From positions 39,140 to 103,139 of IMG/VR virus record IMGVR_UViG_3300015610_000750: 64,000 nt of DNA; one strand, given 5' to 3'. Positions within the stretch are counted from its first letter, which is position 1. Every line of letters begins with the position of its first letter. Both the position numbers and the translations under genes were made by a program. Positions 18,836 to 29,360 of this stretch are shown one piece after another. A model generated the notes under the pieces. That model saw only the letters and a list, made by a program, of their open reading frames with translations. It ran no database searches and had not been told where the DNA came from. This stretch comes from a virus. Lineage: Duplodnaviria > Caudoviricetes.

Positions 18836-19816
18836 ATGAGTATAATTTCCTATTTTGGTGGTAAGTCAAGTAATGTGTTTATGAATTTTATAAACACTCG
18901 AATACCAAAAGATGGTAGTATTAAAACCTATGTTGAACCATTTAGTGGAGCAATGGGTACATTCATGGATGATGATTCATTGAAATTTGATACTGTCATT
19001 TATAATGATAAGAACAGACACCAAGTTAATCTATTTAAGTGTTGTTCAGAACCCGATAAGTTTATTCCCTATCTTGAAAATATAAAAAACGGTCTACTAA
19101 AGACATCTGAGACTGATCCACTTAAGAAGTGGGATTTCTATAAATCTATTTATAAAGATTATACTAAAAATGATTTTTTAGATAATAATAATTTCCAAAT
19201 TGGTGATTTTGAAAAGGCTGCAATTTATGCTTTCCTTATTACATCTTCACATAATTCTGTTTATCCGAGAGGGGCAGGATTTAATGGATATAAAAAGGAT
19301 AGAGATAAGTTAAAGTTGGAAGTACTTATTAATAAACTTAAAAAGAACACCTATACACAAAAGCTAAAATCTATTACAGAGTTCTCAAATATTGATTTTG
19401 AGGAACTAATTAAAAAGTATGACTCTGAAGATACATTTATGTATCTTGATCCTCCTTATGCTAGATTTAATGAAGATAAGGGAGATGATGATGCGAAGCG
19501 TTTATTTTGGTATGGTGCTGACTCTGATGGAGTTTTTGGTCCATCTTCACATAGAAGATTAATAGAATTATTGAAGAATACTAAGTGCAGATGGTCTCTA
19601 TCATACTACTATTTCCCATTATTGGATGAATTACTTCCTCGTGGTGAATATTACTGGGAACAGAAAGAAGTATTTAGAAGTTCTGCTCAAGGTGGTAATA
19701 ATCACCAATTAAAGGGTAAACAAGAAAAGGGTGTCGAACTTTTGATAATGAACTACGATCCATCTACTGGTAAGAAAACAAATTTAGCGCATGTGGATAG
19801 ACGAGTTGAAATCTAG
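18836..19816 (+). CDS. DNA adenine methyltransferase (Dam/D12 class)
   Basis: YFGGKS, YVEPFSGA, YND, YLDPPY. Confidence 0.88.
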   Translation: MSIISYFGGKSSNVFMNFINTRIPKDGSIKTYVEPFSGAMGTFMDDDSLKFDTVIYNDKNRHQVNLFKCCSEPDKFIPYLENIKNGLLKTSETDPLKKWDFYKSIYKDYTKNDFLDNNNFQIGDFEKAAIYAFLITSSHNSVYPRGAGFNGYKKDRDKLKLEVLINKLKKNTYTQKLKSITEFSNIDFEELIKKYDSEDTFMYLDPPYARFNEDKGDDDAKRLFWYGADSDGVFGPSSHRRLIELLKNTKCRWSLSYYYFPLLDELLPRGEYYWEQKEVFRSSAQGGNNHQLKGKQEKGVELLIMNYDPSTGKKTNLAHVDRRVEI

Positions 19817-20513
19817 TGATTTAGTCAATGTAATGCCTTACATGACTTTGAATAAGAATCTTAATAACTTTATTAAGATTCAATTTAGTATGGCTTACCA
19901 TGAACCGGATGAACTATTGAATAGAGATAAATTGATACATCTCGTTTCAAATGAGTTTAATATGGCAATATCGAATAAAATAATGAAAGAGTTTAATTCA
20001 GTAAATGTCTTTGATTATATCGATAAAAGTGGTATTGGTGATATTCAAGTTTTACCATTAAATGATGTTATTAAAATAGCTGAGGAGTTTTACCATAAGA
20101 CAGATTCTTATAAGTATCTAATCACCAATGGTAATTTGGGTAGCTTTCTACAAGATTCTTCAAGATTTACCATTACACCAGTCACTAATAGTATATCAAA
20201 TTGGTCATCACTTACATATAATATTGGTAAGTTTGGAGATTTGGATGTTTGGATTGATCCAGTTCTTGAATGGAAAGATACAACAGGCTATCTTTTCGAT
20301 GGAATCAACATTAACATTGGTGATTTCACAGCAACGATCAGTAATCAAGCAACATTTACACCAAGATTGATATTTGACTTAGAGATTGATTTTAGGATTA
20401 TTAATCCTAAATTATTTTTTGTAGTAACTGATAAGACATCAAAGTCATATTCAAGATACAAATCTCTACTAAGAGATATTAAAATTAATGATGTTTTAGA
20501 TGAAGAAAATTAG
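19791..20513 (+). CDS. Degenerate capsid-protein paralog (C-terminal half) with RDIKINDVL tag
   Basis: YLITNGNLGSFLQD, IGKFGDLDVWIDP and ATFTPRL align with capsid YLITNGGLAAALQD, VGTIGDISIYVDP and ATFAPRM. Confidence 0.8.
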   Translation: MWIDELKSSDLVNVMPYMTLNKNLNNFIKIQFSMAYHEPDELLNRDKLIHLVSNEFNMAISNKIMKEFNSVNVFDYIDKSGIGDIQVLPLNDVIKIAEEFYHKTDSYKYLITNGNLGSFLQDSSRFTITPVTNSISNWSSLTYNIGKFGDLDVWIDPVLEWKDTTGYLFDGININIGDFTATISNQATFTPRLIFDLEIDFRIINPKLFFVVTDKTSKSYSRYKSLLRDIKINDVLDEEN

Positions 20514-20757
20514 AAATTCATATTTAAGAATAAAACAGAGTGGTGATAATGACCCGAATTCCGGAGTATTTGACCCAGATGTATCTGCTGATATTGATGG
20601 TAATGTGAGGGTTGATGGATTGGTATTGGTTGATCGTAAAACTGGAAAAGATTGGCAAATCTCTATATATGATGGTGAAATAATGATAGAACCACTTGAG
20701 AAAGAGGAGAGAAGAGATTATAGAATTAAAAAGATAATAACAGATGGAAGTAAGTAA
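20500..20757 (+). CDS. Hypothetical protein with RDYRIKKII tag
   Basis: ORF track; shared motif. Confidence 0.6.
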   Translation: MKKIRNSYLRIKQSGDNDPNSGVFDPDVSADIDGNVRVDGLVLVDRKTGKDWQISIYDGEIMIEPLEKEERRDYRIKKIITDGSK

Positions 20758-21127
20758 GCATTTGGATAAAATTAAATCAATGGGATTTGATATATCAATT
20801 GATTGGAATAGTGAAATTAATATTTGGTATAATGCTAATGATATTTACCCAGCTACTGCTTATTCTGCTGAGATATTACATTGTGCATTCTATCAGAGTA
20901 AAACATCGGGATATTCATTTGAACAAGTTATAGAGTCTTGTTGCGATGCTTTCTATGCTTGGTATAATAAAAATGTTGATACTATTAAGTATTTTGATAA
21001 AAACTATAATGCAGATGCACTTGAAAAGTTAGAAAGTTGTACACTTGGTGATATTACTAAACAAATTGCAAGAGATTTGAATCTTGTTGATGTGTTGGAA
21101 GTATTTGCTAAATACGATAGAGATTAA
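20744..21127 (+). CDS. Hypothetical protein with RDLNLVDVL tag variant
   Basis: ORF track; shared motif. Confidence 0.55.
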   Translation: MEVSKHLDKIKSMGFDISIDWNSEINIWYNANDIYPATAYSAEILHCAFYQSKTSGYSFEQVIESCCDAFYAWYNKNVDTIKYFDKNYNADALEKLESCTLGDITKQIARDLNLVDVLEVFAKYDRD

Positions 21128-21606
21128 TGTTCTCCACTTCTTGTTACATTTATATCTTGTGTTATATCCTCTACTGACCAGTATCCTGTTTCAGATTTAA
21201 CTTTTTTAGATGTTTTCTCTAAGACATTTTCAATTTCCTCTTCTAAGATTTGCATATCATATGTGAATTGATTTGCAATTTCTTCAGCGATGAATCTTAA
21301 TTCATCTAACTTTTCTGCCTCGTCTGTGATAGCTCTTGATTCTTGAATTCTTGATTGAAGCCAACTTGTATGTTCATGTTCATTTGATTCTTTGATACTA
21401 TCAATTGCATCGATCTTATCATCAATCATATCACGACTAATATCTGTCCATTTACGAGTGTTTTTATCGAATTTAGACTTCATGACATTTGGTAAGTTAC
21501 CTACTTTATTCTCATTATCAGAATAACCCCTTCTATCTTTTTGTAATTCCTTCTTCTCTATATCTTTTGAGAAGTCGTCAAATGTTTTTACTTTCTTACC
21601 TGCCAT
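21124..21606 (-). CDS. Hypothetical late protein (KVKTFDDF N-terminus)
   Basis: TAATATATA on the minus strand at ~21629; CTS-like start. Confidence 0.55.
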   Translation of the reverse strand: MAGKKVKTFDDFSKDIEKKELQKDRRGYSDNENKVGNLPNVMKSKFDKNTRKWTDISRDMIDDKIDAIDSIKESNEHEHTSWLQSRIQESRAITDEAEKLDELRFIAEEIANQFTYDMQILEEEIENVLEKTSKKVKSETGYWSVEDITQDINVTRSGEH

Positions 21607-21640
21607 AATTTGTAGTAATTTTATAATCTATATATTAAGA

Positions 21641-22333
21641 TTAGGATTTGATTTTTTCATCTAAAATCCTTGCAATGTTTGATCCTATAAAGAAGTGTAT
21701 ATTTCTTAAAGTATCTGATTCAACAGTTTGAATATCATCCATGAACTTGAATTGGAATTTGTATTTGTCTTGCTCTTCATCAGTCTCTCTATCAACCTTT
21801 GATACAGATACATCCATTTTATAGTTGTTATTGACATCAACTTCAAAGTCGAATGTGGTTTTATCACAAGGGGTTGTTTTGAACTTTGGTTCATATTTTA
21901 CATCAAAGATTGAATAATCAGTAATCTTTTCTCTTCTCATATAATAGTTTAAGAACATAGCGGGTGCCTCGATGAAATCACTTAAAATTTGAAGGTCCTC
22001 TCCAAAGTTTCTTGATTCTATTATATCTTCAATTTTCTGTTTCATATCAATAATATTATCAAAGTCTATTCTATGGTAAACACAGTTTATGTCATATAGA
22101 TATAAGAATGATTCTTCAATTATGTATCTCTTTTCTAAGTCGGATTTGAATATGAACTTAGTATGTATTATAGATGAGTCTTCAACAGATAATCCATGTA
22201 TTGAAATAACAAGTTTGTAAAAGTCTTCATCCTCAGATAGCTCATATACTGTTTCTACTGATTTAACGACACCTTCTTCCTCTTCAAATACTTCCTTAAA
22301 AGCTTGCTCTATTTCCGATATTTTTATTTTCAT
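21641..22333 (-). CDS. Hypothetical protein
   Basis: 230-aa ORF overlapping the upstream stop codon. Confidence 0.6.
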   Translation of the reverse strand: MKIKISEIEQAFKEVFEEEEGVVKSVETVYELSEDEDFYKLVISIHGLSVEDSSIIHTKFIFKSDLEKRYIIEESFLYLYDINCVYHRIDFDNIIDMKQKIEDIIESRNFGEDLQILSDFIEAPAMFLNYYMRREKITDYSIFDVKYEPKFKTTPCDKTTFDFEVDVNNNYKMDVSVSKVDRETDEEQDKYKFQFKFMDDIQTVESDTLRNIHFFIGSNIARILDEKIKS

Positions 22334-23412
22334 ATTCCAAAATCATCTTTTATATCTTTTGTAACATCACCTAGTGTGTTAAAAGTTTCAGTTCTATTAT
22401 TCTCAAAGTCACCGAAAACTGTATTGCCATAGTTTTGTCTTTCTACTCTAATTGGTGATTCCTTATAATATACCTTTATAAAGTCAGAAAATCCTTCTGA
22501 ATAACCACAAGAACCATATTCTATATCTATATAGTCTTTATTCTCATCGTAATTATATCTTAAGCTCGTAGACCAACTTTCGTCACTTTGTTTATCTAAC
22601 TCTTTACTTATATTATCTAATGTGTATAGAAACTCAAGCAACTCGTCTGTATTTGATTCAAATTGCTTATCATATGCGTATTTCTTTAACTCCATTATTT
22701 TACCAATATATCCATTTCTTCTTAGTAGTTTGAAAACCAAATTACCAATTGAGTACTCACCACTCTCACTTTCCAATCCACTCTTTCTAAGGTCTTTTAT
22801 TTTCTTCCAAACCTTATCGATTTTTTCTTTGAACGACTCATATTTATCCTCATCTACTTGTTCTTCTATATCATCAACCTTATCCATTATGGATGTTGCT
22901 TTTTTAGAAATCATCTTTTCGTCTGGTTCGAAGTCCACTTTTTCTGGCTTTTTAATCCACTTGTTCTTCATCAATGAGAATACACCACCCATTCTTCCAG
23001 ACTTTATACCTTCTTTCAAGTCATCTTCGTTCTGAATTGCCACTTCAACTTCATATCCCTTAATTGTTATGTCATGTCCTGAATTCCACATCTTCTTGGC
23101 ATAGTCACATAGTTGTTCAACTAGTTCTAGGTTTTCATCAACATCTCTATAATCGATTATGATGTGTAAATCGTAGTCAGAGTATTGTTCTGACCAGTTA
23201 TAGTTACATAATGATCCACATAGTGCAATATCAATAACATCTGCTTCTATATCAGTTGATTCATAGAAGTCTTGTGCTATTTGTAATAAGTCTGTTCTAA
23301 CCTCTTCTGATAATTCAAAGTTATCCCATAACTTAGGATTTAAGTTGTCTTTAATATAAAATGACTTTATAGGATCTAAGTCAGATTCCTTGAATTCGTA
23401 GAATTTTAACAT
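22330..23412 (-). CDS. Pol-beta-superfamily nucleotidyltransferase with CTS-like N-terminus and an extra C-terminal domain
   Basis: hGS...SDxDh motif (LCGSLCNYNWSEQYSDYDLHII), YEVEV, EYSIGNLVFKLLRR. Confidence 0.8.
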   Translation of the reverse strand: MLKFYEFKESDLDPIKSFYIKDNLNPKLWDNFELSEEVRTDLLQIAQDFYESTDIEADVIDIALCGSLCNYNWSEQYSDYDLHIIIDYRDVDENLELVEQLCDYAKKMWNSGHDITIKGYEVEVAIQNEDDLKEGIKSGRMGGVFSLMKNKWIKKPEKVDFEPDEKMISKKATSIMDKVDDIEEQVDEDKYESFKEKIDKVWKKIKDLRKSGLESESGEYSIGNLVFKLLRRNGYIGKIMELKKYAYDKQFESNTDELLEFLYTLDNISKELDKQSDESWSTSLRYNYDENKDYIDIEYGSCGYSEGFSDFIKVYYKESPIRVERQNYGNTVFGDFENNRTETFNTLGDVTKDIKDDFGI

Positions 23413-23435
23413 AGAGTATATATTAAAATGTTAAT

Positions 23436-23910
23436 TTATTTCTTGGTGAAGTATTTCTCTCTTAGCTCTTTTTTAGCTTTTGTGTAATACCAAGCATCAA
23501 TAGCGTGTTGCTTTTGACCAAAGAAAAAGTTTAATAATTTGCTAAACTTCAAACCAAATTTATTTAACTTACCATCTATTTGTAGTTTACCAACACTTGC
23601 TGATACTGACATATTTTTCTCAGTGAATGTTGTATTCTCCTCTGCTGTTAACATATCTTCCAATATTTCACCATTTACATTCCAAGCCAAATCAAGTGAG
23701 TATGCAATTTCATAAAACGCATGTCCTATTGCAGCTGAGAATCCATCTATTAGTCTCCACCAAAATTGGAAAAACGCATACCATTTTTTGAAAGTTATTG
23801 ATAACCATATCGAATAACCTAGTGAGTAAGCAGTACCTATTGTAAGCATTAAACAACTTACTATAATTGCCCATATTAGAGCCCATAAACCTTGAAATAG
23901 TTCTTTCATA
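23436..23910 (-). CDS. Hypothetical membrane protein
   Basis: Likely start MKELFQGLWALIW; hydrophobic N-terminal helices. Confidence 0.55.
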
Positions 23911-24168
23911 TTATTTATTTTTAAATTTTTTTGATGTTCCCGGAATAACTCTATCAGATGACATTGTTCCGGTGAACTCATAGTCAAAGTAGTCATCTAC
24001 CTTTATTTTGAATTTTTTATTACCATCTGTTACATAAGCGCACCTAACGGTTGGGTCATAGTTTAGCTCTTTTATGATTAATGGATCACCATCTTTGTCA
24101 TATATGGTTTCACCAACTAATGTTTCTCTAAGAACCATTTCGAATATATTTGTCTTATACTTTGCCAT
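23911..24168 (-). CDS. Hypothetical protein
   Basis: 85-aa ORF. Confidence 0.5.
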   Translation of the reverse strand: MAKYKTNIFEMVLRETLVGETIYDKDGDPLIIKELNYDPTVRCAYVTDGNKKFKIKVDDYFDYEFTGTMSSDRVIPGTSKKFKNK

Positions 24169-24233
24169 AATTTATTAAGTCATATTTTGTAGATGTGTTT
24201 TAATCTCTGGCCAGAAATATTATCTATATATTT

Positions 24234-24941
24234 TTAGTTCAATCTTAAACTTTCTATTATACCATCTTTAATTGCCTGATTTAAATATGGTTTTGTACTA
24301 TTTGCTATCACATCTCTAAGTGGTTGTGTGTATCCATCTATAAATAGGCTAATCTCACTTTTAACGGATGTTAATAAGTCGAATGAATATAATTGACCTA
24401 TATTAATTAATACATATGACTTTGCTTTAGATATAATATTAGTTCGTCTATCAATTCCTTCTTGTATTGATTCTTCTAATGTGTAATACTTTACTGTATT
24501 TTTTATAAGACCAATACTATTATCACTAAGGTACCATCTAGATGATTGATTTCTATACTGCACTAAACCATTCGAATCTCTTATATATTCTCTGGTTTCA
24601 TCTAATATTAAATTTGAATATGTGTGACCATCATAGAACTCATAATATTCAACTTTTGTTAATTCCCCAAATATTATTGTTCTTTTTTTGTGAAATCCAA
24701 GTATATCATAATCTATAATTGATGGATCTATGTAGGATCCTATCTTAAATTTCTTTTCAGTTATTTCCTCTCCATAATTATACCCATTACTTATATAAAA
24801 AGCTTGATACTTATAAAGTGGTAAATTTGGATTATTAATATCACAAACAAGTACTAAATCGTCTTCATTGTAGGAACCACCTTCAAAAACAATTAAGTTT
24901 GGATTACTCATCATTTGTTGATTTTTAGTTAAATTTATCAT
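24234..24941 (-). CDS. Hypothetical protein in the tail-fibre-like cluster
   Basis: 235-aa ORF co-oriented downstream of the fibre-like genes. Confidence 0.55.
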   Translation of the reverse strand: MINLTKNQQMMSNPNLIVFEGGSYNEDDLVLVCDINNPNLPLYKYQAFYISNGYNYGEEITEKKFKIGSYIDPSIIDYDILGFHKKRTIIFGELTKVEYYEFYDGHTYSNLILDETREYIRDSNGLVQYRNQSSRWYLSDNSIGLIKNTVKYYTLEESIQEGIDRRTNIISKAKSYVLINIGQLYSFDLLTSVKSEISLFIDGYTQPLRDVIANSTKPYLNQAIKDGIIESLRLN

Positions 24942-24943
24942 AA

Positions 24944-25111
24944 TTAGCTAATTATAATTGTTATTGATTCACCTCCAGCGGATGTGAAATCATAGTTAGG
25001 TCCATCAAGTGAATATGATATTATACTACCATTTACTGTCTGTGGAGTTTCTAATATAAATTCAGTTGTATCACCTGAAGCTGTTCCTCCGAAAATTATA
25101 TCATCTATCAT
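24944..25111 (-). CDS. 55-aa small protein (MIDDIIFGG...ITIIIS), not in the ORF track
   Basis: ATG overlaps the stop of the upstream gene; fills the intergenic gap exactly. Confidence 0.6.
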   Translation of the reverse strand: MIDDIIFGGTASGDTTEFILETPQTVNGSIISYSLDGPNYDFTSAGGESITIIIS

Positions 25112-27222
25112 TGTTGAGTCAATAAAGCTTTTATTCTTACCCCACCAGGTAAAGATGATGCTGTATATCTAATGTAGTTTCCAACTGTGTCTTCTGTATC
25201 TAACCAAGCATTCCAAGAAGAACCATTATCAGAAGAATATTCCCATGTTCCGAAGGATGATGATGTTACATTGTCGTCTAGTATTAAAGATCCGGTTGTT
25301 GCGTTATATAGTCTAATTCTCATATTAGGAATGTTTGATCCCCATAATATTGATTGTCTCCATGCAAATATGTTTGATGTAATACTTGAATTAGCTACTG
25401 ATGGTTGATAATGACCATCAGTTGATTGATCCTCATATATTAGACTCAATCCCATTATCCTGGATGGTATACAAGTTGTTCCAATCACCTTAAATGATAT
25501 AGCAAACTGTATTTCAGTTCCATTTACGCCAGATAAATCACCACTATCATCTAATAGATTCCAAGATCCTGAATTATCAGATATACCAGATGTTCTATAA
25601 TAGACTCTATATGGTTCTGTCGCTAGTGAAAATGTATCTGTTCCTAATCTCTCAATATCATTTATATAAATATTATATAATTTACTAGAGTCTGATATAT
25701 CAAATTTAGGAGTAATTAATAACTCATTATTATTGATCGCGAAAGTCCAATGTGATCCAATTGGAAGTGTATATAGTTGGTTAATTGCTGCTGTTGTACC
25801 GACTCTAGCTAAATATAGAATTCCATTTTCTGACCAAACAGAGAATGGTGATGCCAAAATGGCTGGATGTGGAACTCCTCCCGAATCTGAAGTTGATTGG
25901 TCTTGTTGTTTATCATCAACTAGAAAAATATGATCGAATGGATCAGATGATGTATTATATTTTGTTACATAACTTCTAACACCTGCAGCACCTGATGTTG
26001 TTATTACCAGTCTATCTATACCTGTTGATATCTCACAAGAGGTCATCGCACCAGAGGCCAAGTATGTTGTTGTACCACCTGGTGGTATTTCAACCATAGT
26101 ATCTGATTGCCAAGTTGTTGAGCCATTTGTTATTGATGATATGTCAGATCTATATATACGAGTAGTTGTTGCAAAATATAGAGATTCTATACCATTTCCT
26201 GGACCATGGCTTAGTGTACCCACTCTACCATTATTTGCTTGTGATAAAGTACCGGTAACCGTTTGGTTTCCTGTTTTTATAATATTAGTCGTTGTATCTT
26301 TTCCGGCTGTTAATGTGAGAGCCGCTCTAAAATTATAAACAAAAACTGCTGCCCCTGTCACGTTTAATACATATACTCTTTGGTCTGTCCAAGATGTTCT
26401 TGTACCTAATGCTGATCCAGCAGCTGTAGTGTTAGTGACGGTTGCTGCATCTGCCAACCAATATACCGCTCTTATATTATCTACTGTTGTAGCAGCAGGT
26501 ATTGTTGTACCACCAGGAGTAAATATTTCTGGTCTTATACCTTTAGATACGAATAATCCACCATTTGTCACAGTAGCGTTTGTTGTTGATGTTATTATCA
26601 TAATATCTTCGATGACATACGGTGTACCTGATGAAATTGTCCCAGCAGAAGATGATAGGGTTATTGATGTGTCACCCCCAATAGATGATATTTCATACCA
26701 AGTTGATATTTGTGTTGGATCTGTTGATCCAAATCCAATTCTACTGCCAACAGACATTCTATCAGATGACCAATTTGTTGAACTACCTGTAACTGATGTT
26801 CCAGAAACTCCAACTGTTCCAGATGTATATAGTTCTCTACTCACTCTAAATCCTCTTATAGTATGTAAAGTAGCTGTTGGATATGTTAGTGTTACGAAAC
26901 CTTTCCAGTTAAATGTAGAATTTGTTTTATTATACTCATATAATATAATTCTTCTAGTTGCAGCTGCTGTTGCGTTATCTGCTAAAAAAACCCAATCAAT
27001 AGTATCAGAAAAAGTAACAACATGAGGATAAATTCCCGGTATGGCGGTTGATTGCTCCATTGGTCTGGTCATTCCTATCTTAGCAGGTCCAGCATATTTA
27101 TCCTGTGATAATGCACCAGTATATTGTTTAATAAGCGTACCTAAATTCGTCTTAGTCTGATCATATGACGATATAGGGGTTGTTGCACCAGTAAATTTGA
27201 AGTTTATAGCCTTTGTTGCCAT
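25108..27222 (-). CDS. Putative tail fibre/receptor-binding virion protein
   Basis: 704 aa, T/S/G-rich beta composition, GTVGVSGTSVTGSSTNW fibre-like motif. Confidence 0.6.
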   Translation of the reverse strand: MATKAINFKFTGATTPISSYDQTKTNLGTLIKQYTGALSQDKYAGPAKIGMTRPMEQSTAIPGIYPHVVTFSDTIDWVFLADNATAAATRRIILYEYNKTNSTFNWKGFVTLTYPTATLHTIRGFRVSRELYTSGTVGVSGTSVTGSSTNWSSDRMSVGSRIGFGSTDPTQISTWYEISSIGGDTSITLSSSAGTISSGTPYVIEDIMIITSTTNATVTNGGLFVSKGIRPEIFTPGGTTIPAATTVDNIRAVYWLADAATVTNTTAAGSALGTRTSWTDQRVYVLNVTGAAVFVYNFRAALTLTAGKDTTTNIIKTGNQTVTGTLSQANNGRVGTLSHGPGNGIESLYFATTTRIYRSDISSITNGSTTWQSDTMVEIPPGGTTTYLASGAMTSCEISTGIDRLVITTSGAAGVRSYVTKYNTSSDPFDHIFLVDDKQQDQSTSDSGGVPHPAILASPFSVWSENGILYLARVGTTAAINQLYTLPIGSHWTFAINNNELLITPKFDISDSSKLYNIYINDIERLGTDTFSLATEPYRVYYRTSGISDNSGSWNLLDDSGDLSGVNGTEIQFAISFKVIGTTCIPSRIMGLSLIYEDQSTDGHYQPSVANSSITSNIFAWRQSILWGSNIPNMRIRLYNATTGSLILDDNVTSSSFGTWEYSSDNGSSWNAWLDTEDTVGNYIRYTASSLPGGVRIKALLTQQ

Positions 27223-28046
27223 TATGTTTTATTTATTTTTAATGTTAGTGTAACTTGAGTTACTATACTTGATGACTCCACATTAAAGGCAATTATATCA
27301 CCTTCTGTTATTGTAGTGGACCATGCAGTTAATGTGTTATTGTTGTTTTTTATCTGAGATGATAAAGTTGGTTTGTCGATACCACATATCGAATCTGATA
27401 AAGTTGGTGGATAATTGGCGTATGTATCTTTCCAAACGTCAATTACAATACTTCCAGTTGCTGTAGACAATAATTCCCATCCAGTTATAACCCCTGAGTA
27501 TGGTACAGTTACATACGACTTAACTCCAGTTGTTATTGGAATAATTCCATTTCCTATACCAATACCTATTTGTCCTTTATTAGCAGCTGAGCTTTCACCA
27601 TTGTTGATGCACATCCAATATACATTACCAGTTATTGCGGGATTCGAATTTGAATTTATTCTGAATCCATTCTCCGTTTGGTTATCAATGGTCCAAGATC
27701 TAGATGAGTTGCCTATTACTGCGGTTGAGTAGCTAGATCCACTAAATGGTGTACTAAATGTGACTGTGTATCGTTTAGGATTACCACTAAATGATGCTCC
27801 TGATATAAATCCAGCTTTTGTTCCTTGATTTATTAATTTATTGTCAATGTATGATATTATTTTATCCGCTGTCCAAATGTCACTTGATGCTGTCCCAAAA
27901 TCATTAAATAAATATCCTGATGAATTTATCGAGTTTGTACCAAATATTAATATCTCACTTTGAGTGAATGATGAATTATTTGTTCCACCATTCTCAATTG
28001 AAACAAGACCATCTATTTGTTTAGCATTAATTTTACCATTTGCCAT
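27222..28046 (-). CDS. Putative tail-fibre-associated protein
   Basis: VSIENGGTN fibre motif, TVTFSTPF H-lectin-like segment; N-terminus paralogous to 28743..29267; late promoter upstream. Confidence 0.6.
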   Translation of the reverse strand: MANGKINAKQIDGLVSIENGGTNNSSFTQSEILIFGTNSINSSGYLFNDFGTASSDIWTADKIISYIDNKLINQGTKAGFISGASFSGNPKRYTVTFSTPFSGSSYSTAVIGNSSRSWTIDNQTENGFRINSNSNPAITGNVYWMCINNGESSAANKGQIGIGIGNGIIPITTGVKSYVTVPYSGVITGWELLSTATGSIVIDVWKDTYANYPPTLSDSICGIDKPTLSSQIKNNNNTLTAWSTTITEGDIIAFNVESSSIVTQVTLTLKINKT

Positions 28047-28091
28047 AACTTATATATTAAAATATAAGTCTACGATTTTAATATATAAGTT

Positions 28092-28427
28092 ATGAAATTG
28101 AAAAAATATAATGAATTTATAATTGAGTCAAACTCTAATGGTTTTAATTCATTGGGTGAATGGGTTGAGTCATTAATAGATGATGATTATGTTAAAAACA
28201 TCATATCGAGATATACTAAGGATATAGATCCAGATATTGAACTTTCAAATGCTATAAACATCTTAGACGAGAGAACCAAGTCTGAGATAAAATCACAGAT
28301 AGATAATTATCTAGAAAATGGTATCGAAGAAAAAGATCCCACTATCGTAGCATCAACCGATATAGAAGAATTAACCGAGGCAGAAATCACTATGGCTGGT
28401 AAAGGAATATTTAGTTCATTCCTTTGA
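28092..28427 (+). pseudogene. Probably truncated CTS-bearing late protein
   Basis: MKLKKYNEFIIES start; stops abruptly at a junction with an oppositely oriented gene fragment. Confidence 0.5.
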
Positions 28428-28703
28428 TGGACTTATAACAACACCTATATGTGACTCAAAGTAACAACCATTGGCTATCTCTTTCCCAGTTGAAATAACT
28501 GGCGCACCAGGATGCCAAGGTACGGTTTCTATCTTCTTTCTAACAACCTTATATCCATGTAGATCCAACTCAAATGCTATCCTCTCACACTCAATATATG
28601 CTGATTTGTTATCACCGAAGTGTTTTGATGATGTCATTATATCTTTCAGAACTGACCCACCATTTATCTCTAAATCAAGTATAATTGGTTTAACTACTAC
28701 CTT
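28416..28703 (-). pseudogene. Internal gene fragment (VKPIILDLE...KIETVPWHP...YFESHI)
   Basis: Open frame extends upstream of the track ATG without a start codon and ends at a junction. Confidence 0.5.
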
Positions 28704-28746
28704 TTATAGTTACTTCCTCTTTTATAAATTTTGAAAAATCTTTCAT
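28690..28746 (-). pseudogene. 18-codon N-terminal stub MKDFSKFIKEEVTIKG
   Basis: CTS-like start immediately terminated. Confidence 0.45.
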
Positions 28747-29267
28747 TTCCTGTTCCTAACCTCACCAGTCCAAGTAGATGCTGCTCCACTTGATATGGAT
28801 ATATATTTTATCACACCATCAAATGGTAGGACAAAGGGGGTTGTATTGAATGGTAATCCATCTCCACTTCTTAGATAGATGTTAGATACATTGTTGCTTG
28901 CTCTGGCCCCAGTTAATGTGGCTGATGATATGTAGTCTATTGTCTTAGATGCGCTCCATACATCACTTGAACTCGTTCCAGAGTCATTGAAGACTTTTCC
29001 GGATGATATAACGGAACTTGTTGTTGAATTAACTATTAATATTTGAGAAGCTGTAAATGATACATTCCCTAATCCACCTCTATTCAGAGGTAGTGATCCT
29101 GTCCAACCTACTGTGAAAGAGTGTGTCGTACCAGATGTAGCTATTGTTAGAGTTACATTTGAGTCGTTATTAGATGTAATGTATTGATCAGAAAAGGTTA
29201 ACCCATTTATGGTCTTTACCACCGTGTTGTCAACTATTTGTTTACCATTAATCCTACCGTTAGACAT
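28743..29267 (-). CDS. Tail-fibre-like protein, possibly C-terminally truncated
   Basis: MSNGRINGKQI, LPLNRGGLG and FNDSGTSSSDVWSASK paralogous to 27222..28046. Confidence 0.55.
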   Translation of the reverse strand: MSNGRINGKQIVDNTVVKTINGLTFSDQYITSNNDSNVTLTIATSGTTHSFTVGWTGSLPLNRGGLGNVSFTASQILIVNSTTSSVISSGKVFNDSGTSSSDVWSASKTIDYISSATLTGARASNNVSNIYLRSGDGLPFNTTPFVLPFDGVIKYISISSGAASTWTGEVRNRK

Positions 29268-29360
29268 TTAAAAATTTATTCTTTTGCTATTTTATATATA
29301 TTAAAAATGTTGCGGTAAAAGAACATTTAATATATAAATTGGGTAAAAAACAAAAACCAA

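Noticed and set aside
24234-29267. Diversity-generating retroelement or shufflon acting on fibre genes
   Set aside because: No reverse transcriptase, recombinase, TR/VR pair or repeated crossover sites seen; the two paralogous N-termini are too diverged.
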